A DNA stretch of 64,000 bases from Oopsacas minuta (taxonomy: Eukaryota; Animalia; Porifera). Shown here piece after piece: positions 51,445 through 62,831 of this stretch. The notes beneath the pieces were generated by a model. The model saw only the letters and a program-made list of their open reading frames with translations, did not search any database and was not told where the DNA came from. Location: assembly GCA_024704765.1 (NCBI GenBank), contig JAKMXF010000355.1, positions 6,459-70,458 of the forward strand. The letters run 5' to 3'. Within the stretch, counting starts at the first letter, position 1. Every line of letters begins with the position of its first letter. A program made the position numbers and the translations under genes.

Positions 51445-52815
51445 CAGGGTGATTCAAAAAAATACAACCCAAAATGTTTACGGGTACCCTATCTTTATTT
51501 TTTAACTAATCCTATTTATTCTTTTTGATTATAATTAGTTTGAGTCTAAACGATCAGAAAATGCCAAATTGGATACTGCAGCACCGAATTTTCTCCGTGG
51601 AACATTATTTTAATACCTCCTCATACGAGACTGTAAAGACGCAATTTGTACATCATTCCAGACCCAAGTTGCTCCCGATAAATCGATGATCTATCGTTGG
51701 GTGGAGAAGTTTAGGAAGTATGGGACAGTTCTAAAGCTCAATAGTAAGTGTGATGACAGACTAACGCATTCTGGTCGGAGAAAGAAACAAACAGCAAAAG
51801 TTATTGAGATGGTCCGAAATTCTGTTGAATTCAGTCCAAAACGTCAATCAGGCGGAGGAGTCAATCATTGTCATTGGATAGAAAAATATCTGCAAGCACT
51901 ATCAGGAGGATCCTAATTGATGATCCTAAGAGGTTTCCATATCGTATACAAACAAAACAGATGTTAACAGCTGGTGATAAGTCCAAAAGGCTTAAAATGT
52001 CCAAGAATTTGGTGGAAAAAATTGAATGTCAGGGTCGATTTCTTTCACTACTTTGGATGTCCGATGAAGCTCACTTACATCTAAATGGAAAAATCAACTC
52101 CAAGACAAACGTGTTCTGGGGAATCCAGAGACCAATGGAAGTTGCAATGAAACCACTACACTCAGAAAAATGCACAGTATGGGCAGCCATTTCGGCGAAA
52201 GGGACCATAGGACCATTCTTTTTTGAAGAAAATGACAGGGCTGTTACAGTTACGAAAGAAGGTTATATCCAGGTCCTTGAGCTCTTCTGGGAGCAGCTCA
52301 GAGTCCTCTACCCATCACTTCTGAATCACTTTTGGTTCCAACAAGATGGAGCGAGCTCGCACACCTCAAATTTCTCCAGGGACTGGCTCAAAGAACACTT
52401 TGGAGCAAGAGTCATCAGTCTCAAGACGAATTTTGAGTGTGCCCCCTATAGCCCCGACTTAAACCCTCCTGACTTCTACTTGTGGGGCTATCTTAAAGAC
52501 CGAGTTTATTCTACTAAGCCTAGAACCATCAGCGAGTTGAAGGAAAACATCAAAGAAATTAGAAAGATTCCGACCACTGTATGCAAAAATGTCATGAACA
52601 ACTTGGTGGTACGACTCAAGAAATGTACAGAACTCAAAGGAGGTCATTTGGAACATTTGCTCTAATTCATATAATATTGACTGTAGTACGCTGAATTTTT
52701 AATATGTACTATAAATATAGATATTCTACGTATGTCCTGAGTTTGATTGAGTTTGATTAAGAATTGTCTTCACTGCAAGCATTTACTTTTGGGTTACATT
52801 TTTTGAATCACCCGG
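51445..52815 (+). mobile_element. DD41D element, copy 2 (near-identical to copy 1, same frameshift)
   Basis: Translated ORFs identical to copy 1 in the ORF track; a few substitutions in the TIRs/5' UTR. Confidence 0.93.
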
Positions 52816-53011
52816 AACTAACTTTCACTCGATTATCTGAATTTGTCCTAATTAAGCGGAGTTGACTGTCTAATAACACTGGCATTATCGAGAAGCAGGA
52901 ATCACAAACTTACTGTTGCGGCATTCATCACATCTCGGCATTAATATAAATTGCTAATTATTGGTTCGGAGCGACCGCCAAACCTGTTACACCACCTCAT
53001 AGGGCCCTGTA

Positions 53012-56000
53012 CATAGTGGCACACCCCCTGGGAATTGGTCAAAATTTCAATCCGATATTTAGTTACCATTTAAAGTTCATTGGAAAGAGAAATATCCAAT
53101 TACTTGAAATATCTAAATTTGTTATGATCCATCATTTAGTTTAGCAACAACTGGAATGTATATAAGCATTACAATTTCTTGCTCAGAAATTATTCTTGTA
53201 AACCACAGATATTCATCTATATCAATGAACTTAAACTCCAGTATCTAAGCAACTAATACATTCCAAAGACTTCATTCCATTGCATTTTCGACTACTCCCT
53301 TATTATAGTGATTATATAAGCGGAGTTCAAATAATGAATCCTTAAAATAGCTCAAATATTTTGAGAAATTTTTCTGTTAGATATTTCTGTCGTCACTCAA
53401 CTTCGAAGTCTCATAACTTCATCTGTCGCGTTCTGTCAAGTTGTGTCATGAGTTTTATAAGACAGCATTTTTAATTCTTTATAAAATACAACAATTTCCA
53501 GGTTCCCTAAAATTCGCGCAAATATAGTTTCAATCACATTAACTTTTGAATTTATCTAATATTTTTAAAAATTATCTTTTCAAAATTTATATAAATATTA
53601 TGGTTGCTTAGCGATATAATCAAAACGTGAAGTTATTTACATTTTTATGCTTGTGTTTACAAAATTCAGCTTGTAATTAATATAAATAAATGTTCTCATC
53701 ACGTATTTTTACAAAGATTCCATTAAAAATCAACAGTCTTCTACTGTGAGAAAAAGTTTCGTCAAAAGTTCCTTAATTCTTAGATTTCAGAATGTATTTT
53801 ATAAGCTCATAAAACAAACATGCATATATAATTATAATCTTACTTTTTGCCCTGTATTTACAATATTGTTAATAAATAATATATTAATTATCTAGAAAAT
53901 GAACAACCTTCAAGCTTTTCAGTTTTATTGTGAGCATAAATTACTTAGCACCCGTTCAATCGCAGACCAATTTATTTCAACTCATGGTTTTGATCGAGAT
54001 CAGCAAAATTTCTTTAGTCTGAAGTTCAATGATATTCAAAAAGAGAGAGCCTCTTTTCATAAATATTCGGGCCTTGATACTTGGAATTCCATGTGCTTCT
54101 GTCCTCTGCCAAAGAAGCCTAGGTTAAGTGCCTCTTCTTCATTAACCATTAACTTTGAAGAGACTTTAATCTTTCAAAAAGATATCGCTCGCTGACTTAA
54201 CCACCAAAGGTTTGAGAAATCGGCTCTCTTCTCTTAAGTCTCACCTCGAATCAGTCGCTGAAAACGAGCATGTATCTCCAAAGACTCTTGCAACTTATCT
54301 CTTACTACTTTGTTGCAATGAGGAGCAGGACATGAATAGTGCCAATATTTGTAAAGAGATACTCGAGAAGGGAAACTCATCTTCTATCTATCCACAATTA
54401 TCACTTGATAAATCTGCCTTTCTTTTCGATTCGCTTGAGATCGGTAAAACAAAGTATTTAGAACTTCGGTGTACGTTACTATCTGAAGATCTCAAGTTAC
54501 CAGGCTACAATAGTCTAGCTAGACATCGGGCTCAAATTAATTTGCTGGATGAGGTGCGTATAATTCATAGAGAATTTCCATGTGGAGTAGGTATTTCTTA
54601 CACCAGACTACTCACCCATACAGTTGAACGAATTGTATCTAACTTAAGTCCTGATAACCTTGTCTATCCGCTGAAAGTTCGAGTATCCGATGGCTTAGAT
54701 GGCTCTGGGCGTCATCGAGTTTACCAGCAAGCTATATCTAACCCTGACCTCTCGACTAAAACCTTCATTTTATTTGGTTTCAAGGTTAATGCAATCATAA
54801 ATGCAAATGATCATATCCTATGGAAACCTCATCATCCAGATTCGCCATTTTGCACTCGACCAGTTGCCCTCTTAGCCCTTCCAGAAAATGAAGAGAGTGT
54901 CAAGTTTTTGATGGACTCATTAATAAATAACGAAACTTCAACTATTGAAGAGAGTGGTTTGTGTTTACACATGGAAATACAGAGGTCAAGATCATATGAT
55001 CTCATTTCGATACAAAGATGGCAAAAATGTTAAGCGGTGCTGGTGGTGCTAATTGTCAAATGTGTACTGCTACGTTCCAACAGATACACGATATTAGCAT
55101 AGTTCAAAATGGCTTTCCCATAAATAGAACTATCCGTGATGCACGTGATGTATTTGATGAGGTTGATGAAGAAGAATTTTTGTCTTTGCCAACAAATCAA
55201 AGGTTCAATTTAACACACAAACCGATCTCAGAAAAAGATATCATATCAGCTTCTCCTCTACATGCATATTTGAGAACATTTAGTTGGTTCCTATTATTGA
55301 TTTGCCATTTACAGTGTGGTGCTATTCAAAAATGGTCACCAACTTCGCCAATAATTCTTGGGGCCAAGAAATTTATTACTAGCCTTATTGAAGAAAAACT
55401 TAATATATCAATTGACACACCATCAGTCCAAGGAGGAACCACCACAACCGGAAATGTTGTTCGGAGATGCTTCACACGTAGCGATGATACTGTGCAAGAT
55501 TTTCTCTATTGGGTATTGACGGTTGTTCCTCAAGAGACACATCAAGTTGCCACTACAATCTTTATTAATTGAGTGCTATACTGAGATTGTATAATAGCAA
55601 CAGGAAAGTGGATACTGAAGGCCTTGATAATGTATGCCGAGAGACTTACGAATCTATTTTAACCAATTTTTCATGGGCACATGTAACCCCTACTTTACAT
55701 AAACTTCTAGCCCATGCACCACAAATAATTGCAGATCATAACGATGGGTTTGGCTTAGAAGATTTGTCTGAGGAAGGCCTTGAATCTTGTAATAAATTGG
55801 TCAGGCGATACCCTGAGAGACTCTCAAGAAAATTTAGCTTTGAGGACAACGTTAAAGATGTGTTCGTCAGGCTTATCTCTCAAAGTGATCCAATATTAGC
55901 ATCATTTCGTAATATTACCAAAAACGATTCGGAGCCAGATCTATCTGAGTTAAAGAGCTGTCAAGATATTTTGGTGAATTCTCTAATTATAAATACGTTA

Positions 56001-56288
56001 TAGTTTGTAGTTCAATGTACATTAAATAGTGTTAATAATATCAAAACATAAAACATTCAATTTCTGAACCTATAGCTCACAAATTGGCTTAATTAAAATC
56101 GATAAAAATATCAAAATATTTTTGAATGTGACAATGACATCATTACTTTCACGCCCAAAGACTTAGAAAAATCTAGTTACGTCAATCGATTCCTTGGGTA
56201 CGATTCCCCATATGTCAATAATATAGTTTAATACTTTATCTAGTACCCTAATACCTACTTCCAGGTTTTAGCCATTTCGTGCCACTGT
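53012..56288 (+). mobile_element. RAG1-like/Transib transposon B
   Basis: Ends CATAGTGGCAC / ACAGTGGCAC (terminal base of right heptamer apparently lost); direct repeat CTGTA at 53007-53011 and 56289-56293. Confidence 0.85.
53899..56003 (+). pseudogene. RAG1-like/Transib transposase B (about three frameshifts and one stop)
   Basis: GLDGSG, HFDTK, CQMC, SPLHAY, GNVVRR, HKLLAH, SEEGLESCNKLVRR, DVFVRLISQSDP. Confidence 0.92.
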
Positions 56289-56293
56289 CTGTA

Positions 56294-57636
56294 CAGGGTG
56301 TAACATAATTGATGACTTCCAGAAAAAATATACATAAATTAACGTTCGATGAATTCACTGTCCAATCTATTTTCCTATATATCCGCCTTTATATTTGAGA
56401 CATGTTTTAATCCTTTTGGGCATACCGCTCACCAGATTGTCGAGAATCTCAGGGGAAATCTGAGACCATGCCAGTTTCAGCTGTTTTTCAAGCATATTTA
56501 GATTGGTTGCTACTTCCATTTCATTAACTTTGCTTTGGATGATGGCCCATAAATTCTCTATTGGGTTTAAGTCTGGCGAGTTGCCTGGCCAAATATCTTT
56601 CTCCCAAAGGAATTCAAATTGTCTTTACACCAATCTTGAGTCTTTATGGCATTATGAGCTGGTGCCCCGTCCTGCTGAAAGATGTACCTGGACATGTTTG
56701 GGAGTAATCTTCTGACTAGAATAGATCCCAGTGTTCCTTTTCCTCCTTAGTGCGATCTTCAGAGACTTCTTCAGTATTTCTTCGATATAATATTTTGCAG
56801 TAACTGTACAGGACTTAGGTATAATATGCAGTTCTGATATCGCATTGTATAACATCATTCCCCAAACATGTATCTTAGAAGGAAATTTAATTTTCCCATG
56901 AGGGGCCACTGATTCTTTCTCCCTTGCCCATGCACGATCATTTTGTCTATTAGATGTGTGGAATAATTCATAGGGGATTCATCAGACAATAACACCATAC
57001 GCCAATCTTGAACAGTCCAATTAACTCTCTGTTTACAGAAAGAAATCCGATCTTTAATCTGTTTTTCGGATAATCTTGGCTGAAGCGGTCTTTTATAACT
57101 AGTTGCTCCAATAGAATTCTTGAGATACCTTTGGACAGTCATATGTGATGCTATAATACCCTTAGACTTAGGTTCTCTCGACAATTTTCTTGTAGATTGG
57201 TGTTTCTTTGTTAGTGACTTAGAAATAATGATTTTCCAATTTTGATAAGGAAACCTTCCGTCCTCTACCACGTTTATTTTCCAATGAGATTCCCTTCTGG
57301 TATTGAGTCCACCATAGTCCGACAGTACGCCAGGATGCTCCAAGTAAATTGCAAGCACGTCTTTGCGTCATCCCACCTAATAACATCCCTACAGCCTGGT
57401 TTCTAATATTGATCTTGTGTTCTTTGACCATGATTTTGCTAAGATATTAGGGAGCATAAACTATTAAATATTTTTGGACATAGACATGAACATTAGTATG
57501 AAAATGCATAAATAATGGTACCAGAGGATTGATATAATCGGATAATGGCAAAACTTTTACTATAGTTAAATAAATATGAGTGCGGTTGTATAGTATATAG
57601 GTACAGTGAAGTAGTCATCAATTGTGTTGCACCCTG
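56294..57636 (-). mobile_element. Tc1-like DD37E element, full length, decayed
   Basis: TIRs CAGGGTGTAACATAATTGATGACT / CAGGGTGCAACACAATTGATGACT with TA flanks; QQDGAPAH...SPDLNPIE has 37-residue spacing after restoring one frameshift. Confidence 0.92.
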
Positions 57637-59379
57637 TACTCTAAACTTCCGTTATAAGATAACATTAATTATATGGCTAAACTCACGCTATAACAAACTG
57701 ATTCACAAACCCCCTCCTGCTTGAAAGTATTGATATTCTCCGCATATATCCTAATGCTGCAGATCACGAAGTGTAACCGGGTTCCGTACCGGTCCAGAAC
57801 ATTTCGTTATAATGAGAGTTTGTTGCAGTACAAACTGATTACACTTGCTCAAGTTTATCTATAATAGACATTTAACCCCACACATTTGGTTCAGGCAAGA
57901 AATACCACCCGTAATATATTCGGTATCCAAACTTGATATTTTTGCTCTGCACTGGCTGAACATTATCGGGGTATTACAACGCAAGTGTCAACCCCATACT
58001 TACCAATATGAGTGAAGATAAAAAGCGGGACATCGTCGGATGCAGCATATTTGCATTAGACTGGACTACAAAATAGAGGGGCAATTAAGGGTTTTGTCAA
58101 GTTTTGGCTGGACATTTGCCTCATTGGCAGTCAACACATATTCGGGGCGAGAAACCGTGGTGTCTCGCCAACCAACGGAACAGTTGGCAAGTATGGTGCG
58201 CTTGAACAACTTCACACACAGGATGCAATTTAGTTGAAAGCATAATATTAAATGAAATGTTGCATTATATATTTAGTGTTGTAGACAGAATTATGTAATA
58301 ACCAGCTTTCCTTTAAAGTAACAAGAATTACCTGCAGTGAAATACACTGAATAGCAAACAAATGATCATGAAAGAGTAGGGTAACAAGCGTGTTTAACCG
58401 CAATATCAACAGTATGAGCATTCCTATGGTAATTGTAATGTATAAATCAATACAATTTGATTATAATGAGTAATACAATTTTCCCCATAGGATTTGGCTT
58501 AGGGAGTAAAATTTTCGTAACTTTGTCAAATTTAATCCGATTTTGGAGTTCTTTGCTCTATCAACTTCTCTTAACGAGTTCTTGAACGGTGCATATAGGG
58601 ATTTTTGACCACATTAAAAAAGTTCGGGGTGTAAGATTCTGCAATTGTACCTAGATTTCTCTCTCAACTATAAATTCCCAACGGCCGTCGATTCTTTCAT
58701 CCAGATATTTTGATCTTCGGATGGCGAATTCTCCTCAATTCCGAGAAGGTTTAGCAAATTGAAGTCTGAATGTAATGCTTTCAGTAAGCATAATTATCTA
58801 TCTACATATGGTAATTACTCCTGTTTTATTCTACTCAACCCCCCAGTCCAACAAAGAAATGTATTATTGGAGAAGAGCGCTACCTTCGAAAGATCATTGT
58901 GGTTTAACACACGAACCCATATCTGAGATTGACATACTACCTGCATCTCCACTACATACCTACATTTGTGTCTTTTGTTGGTTCATGCTTCTTATTTACC
59001 ACATGCGTTCAGGTACTTTTAAATAGTTGCCAACCTCTAGAGTGATAAAGGATTCAATGACATTTACCCGGGTGTTCTTATGCAAGAAAAGAGGGCTGAG
59101 AATCGATCAACAATCCAGTGATGGAGGAACAACTTCTACTGGAAATATGGCAAAACAGTGTTTCCTCAATAATAATAACTTTATTTATTGGGTGGCCACT
59201 TTGATCTCAGAAGATATTAGAGAGCCAATTAGTATTTTGCATAAGAACACAGGCCTACACTTTTTAGTTGTATTGATTTTGTCAACTGATATATACTAAT
59301 TCTGGGTTGCTGATTCCGATTATTTAGTCAGTTTCTCCCTATTACGTCAAGTTATCTCACAATCTTATTACTACATTTA

Positions 59380-60763
59380 CAGTCTGTCAACTTGAAATTG
59401 GGAAGATCTTTGTTTTTCTCTAGCTACAAGTACATTTAGTGTATTTTTATTCTAAAAGTGTTATTAGAATCCTTATACAATCAATAATATAGTAGGCCTA
59501 ATATTTTATCTTATTTCCGGTACTTTTCGTAATAATTTGACTCTTTTTGGCATCGATGACCAAAATGGACGTAAAAATTCATGTTCTAAAGAATTCCATA
59601 CTTCATTTAGCTCCCTTTCCAGCTCATTTAAATTTCGTGGTGACTTCAAATCGATTTCTCTCTTGATCCACGACCAGAGGTTCTCGATCGGATTCAAATC
59701 CGGACTACAAGCAGGCCAATCCATCCTATGTATCCCTTTCTCCTCCATGTATCCTTTAGCAAGCTTGCACGTGTGTTTGGGATCGTTGTCTTCCTGGAAA
59801 ACCCATCCATCAGGGTACAAGACACTTGCTTGTTCTACTAAACATTCGTGCAGAATGTCGCAGTAAAGTCGCTCGGTTAGATTTTCTCTGAAAACCTTGA
59901 TAAGAAACGTTCCACGTGCTGAAACGCTCCCCAAACATGCAATTTAGGAGAGTGTTTCGTACTGGGTTTTACTGGTTTCGAATCACCTTTACACCAGACA
60001 CATATATACTCTGCCACCAGCTAGCGAAATAGACATCTCATCGCTAAATATCACTTTCTCCCAATCTCTACATCTGTTAGACTTAGCCCAATCGACACGA
60101 TAAGCCTTATAGGTTTGTGTAAGCATCGGAATCTTTCTAGCAACCTTGCGGGTGAAGCCATGCCGCTTCATCTCAATCCTTACAGCCTCATGTGAGAACG
60201 ATAGACCCCACCCTTTGTTAAATTTGCAAGTCAACTTCCTCAGATAACCTAGGATTGTTGATTGCCAAACTAACAAGTGATCTAGCGTTATTTGCTTTGA
60301 TCTGACGCTGTTTCCCGGAACCAATCTTTCTATCAACGGATTCAGCATTCCTCAATTTGTAAACAGTGCGATAAACTGTACTTTTTGGAACTCCAGTTCT
60401 TCGAGATAATTCCATACAATTCGTGATTCCTGTGTCGAAAAGTATCTTGATATTGTTACGCTGTTCTTGCTCGTTCATTTTAAGGTTTTGAATTGATGAA
60501 AGTAAAGAATTATTAGCGAAGAAATAGAAGTGTCGCGAGAAATTCAAGTGATAAATATTTATATAGAATATTTGATTAGTAACTAAGTATAAATTGAAAT
60601 ATTTTGTAACCGCAGTCAGCTAGAGAAGTTCAGTTGGTTAAGAAATGACTAGAAATAGTTGAAAAACACAAATTATCAATATTATTACGATAACCAATTT
60701 GAAAATGCAATTAGGAACATTCTAAATCGAAAAAGATGTTCCCAATTTCAAGTTGACAGATTG
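59380..60763 (-). mobile_element. Tc1 (DD34E) element, full length, frameshifted
   Basis: TIRs CAGTCTGTCAACTTGAAATTGGGAA / CAATCTGTCAACTTGAAATTGGGAA with TA flanks; IFSDEM, EDNDPKH, SPDLNPIEN. Confidence 0.93.
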
Positions 60764-61699
60764 TATTTATCCGTTTGTTGAGCCAAAGCGATCCAGTTCT
60801 GATAGGTTTTCGCAATGTTCTTAAGTGTAAGGAATGTGGATGAATCGGACACGCCTGCAGGCTGAAATGTACAAATTTGCTTCACCAGACGATCAAGACA
60901 TATTATTTAAATGGTAAATATTTGAGCAGCGTCGTGCCATCATTCTTCAACTTCCATACAAATAGTTTTCGGCAGCGCTCAAAGGCAAGAAATATCTAAC
61001 CTTGTGGGGACCTCTGTTCAAGGCTAATCAGGCAACGCAATCCCAATTATGGCGAGCCCAGATAATGGAAACGGACCCGCACGGCATATCCCAAGTGGCG
61101 AAAAAATTAAGTTACACTGATCCATCTGAAGTGTATTGCAGAAAAAGCGAAGCAACTGAGGATTTCATGCCAGAACGAAACATTTGTATCACAATAAGGC
61201 TACAATAGTTAAATTTCATTTAACGGATAATTAACCGTAAGTTATTTAGAACACGTAAAACGACCAAGTTACCCGACAAATCTTCAATATTTCAATTATT
61301 CGTTTCTTAGATAAAATTGCTATTGCCGTAATAACGCAGCGTAAGGAATGTCAAATTGATAATCCAAACACTTTATCCATTGGTACATAATTTTAATGTG
61401 AACAGTTTATCTAAGTAACTCAAATAACACAAATATTTCCCGAATTCAACTTTTGTAATTTGCTTACGTCATCATAACAAGAAAAATAGAAGCCATATCA
61501 AAAATATTTTGGTGTCAATCAACTGGTTATATGCAATAACCCATAGATACGTAATACATTCTATGCACTTTAAATGTACCCAAGATCCTGAAGCCTACAA
61601 GATTGTCATTTATGCCTCTGTGATAATATTGAGGGTAAGATGCGAGCTAACTTGGCCAAAATCTTACAACTTGGAATTTGAGCCAACGGGACATGCCCC

Positions 61700-61797
61700 G
61701 TGGCACGAGATTTTCCAGCTAGGAATTGCTCGGGGCCCGAGACTTTGCCGGGGGGGGCATTGGCACCTTTGCCCCCTCCCCCCTGGTGACGTCCCTG
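61700..61797. mobile_element. GC-rich hAT-type MITE terminus
   Basis: Ends GGTGACGTCCCTG (reverse complement CAGGGACGTCACC); the same terminus occurs at ~18466. Confidence 0.5.
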
Positions 61798-62831
61798 ATT
61801 GGGTAGGGACAATGGCACCGAAAGTGAGAGAGTCGGGGACGGCTGGACACCCACTCTTTTTGTTAGGGAGGATCTACCCCCTAGGTAATTGAGGATGTAA
61901 CTTGCTGTTCCCTTTGTATACCTATACTAGACAGCGAGTATATACATCAGCTAATCAGTAAAGTTAAACTCCTAGCTGTTAGAGAGGTTTTATCCGTATA
62001 ATCGAAGAAATATGTAAAGCTTGGGGAATAGCTCCTTCGTAACATCCATCCAGAAATGGAGTAGTGTAAATATCAATTAAAATTTATGCTCCAAATACTA
62101 TGAGCTTTTGTGTTGAGCCGAAGTGATTAGGAAGATAATCCTCCCTTACTTCTCCATGCTTACAGAACTTTTATCCATTCGTCCACTGGATTGTCTCCAT
62201 ACCTTTTATATTATGTCGAGAACCTAATGCGTTATCTCCATATAACAATAACTAACAACTACTAATATGTATGCTGATACTCGTACATACAAGAACTAAT
62301 TCGGAAGAAAAAAGCAGAGAAATTCGAAAGAAGCTATGATACTTAGATGATAATATTACCTGAGAAGCCAGGTGCGGGATGAGCTCAGAAGTAGAAAAGG
62401 TTAGAGATTGTTACAGAGTTGATAGGGTATATTAACAAATATAAGGTATTCTATTCTAGAGATTAGAAGGTAAATTGCCAGGGGTTTATCCAGGGATTCC
62501 TCGGTCGGCAATTTACTTGAAGGGACTCCTTGGGATGGCACGTTTTAGGCGGATACATATTGATCCTGTACAAATTCCAGCCTCACGGTCGGAATTTTGT
62601 GGCCTTCATAGATGCTGAACTGCCACTTTTAGGTGCCGGGACAAGTGATGGGGTAGGGGAAGTGGATTGAGGGTAATTGGAGGCAGGCGTAGGAGAAATG
62701 CTGAATCCAGCAAGTGAAAATGAAAGTCTCGAAATATCCGACATAATGAAAGAGAATGAATAGGATACGAAAATAACCTGTAATTATAGTAAACGAAACT
62801 TATACGATTAACAGATATCAGTAATGGATAT

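Larger units (their letters stand above)
49093..58651 (-). mobile_element. Merlin (IS1595/ISXO2-like) element with ~408-bp TIRs and 8-bp TSD
   Basis: Both ends GGTACAATTGCAGAATCTTACACC; inverted repeats 49093-49500 and 58244-58651; TSD TAGATTTC at 49085-49092 and 58652-58659. Confidence 0.93.
48452..61622 (+). mobile_element. RAG1-like/Transib transposon C, internally deleted and interrupted (own sequence ~48452-49092, 58660-59250, 60764-61622)
   Basis: Left end CACAGTG at 48452; ATG AAT AAC CAG GAA GCA CTA GAT TTC at 49066 continues at 58660 after the Merlin TSD; core fragment THEPIS..SPLH..SSDGGTTSTGN; C-terminus FIRLLSQSDPVL at 60766. Right end CTCTGTG (61616-61622) is tentative because flanks CATAT/ATAAT do not match. 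Confidence 0.75.

Noticed and set aside
44633-52815. Composite transposon formed by the two inverted DD41D copies
   Set aside because: Each copy lies within a different TSD-bounded host element, and the outer flanks share no duplication.
16617-59866. Short antisense or alternative-frame ORFs within transposases (e.g. 16617, 25157, 41133, 59537)
   Set aside because: Shadows of transposase coding sequence with no independent motifs.
61900-62750. Possible host exon or retro-ORF1 on the minus strand (Ser/Pro-rich)
   Set aside because: Frames are short and interrupted, with no recognisable motif.
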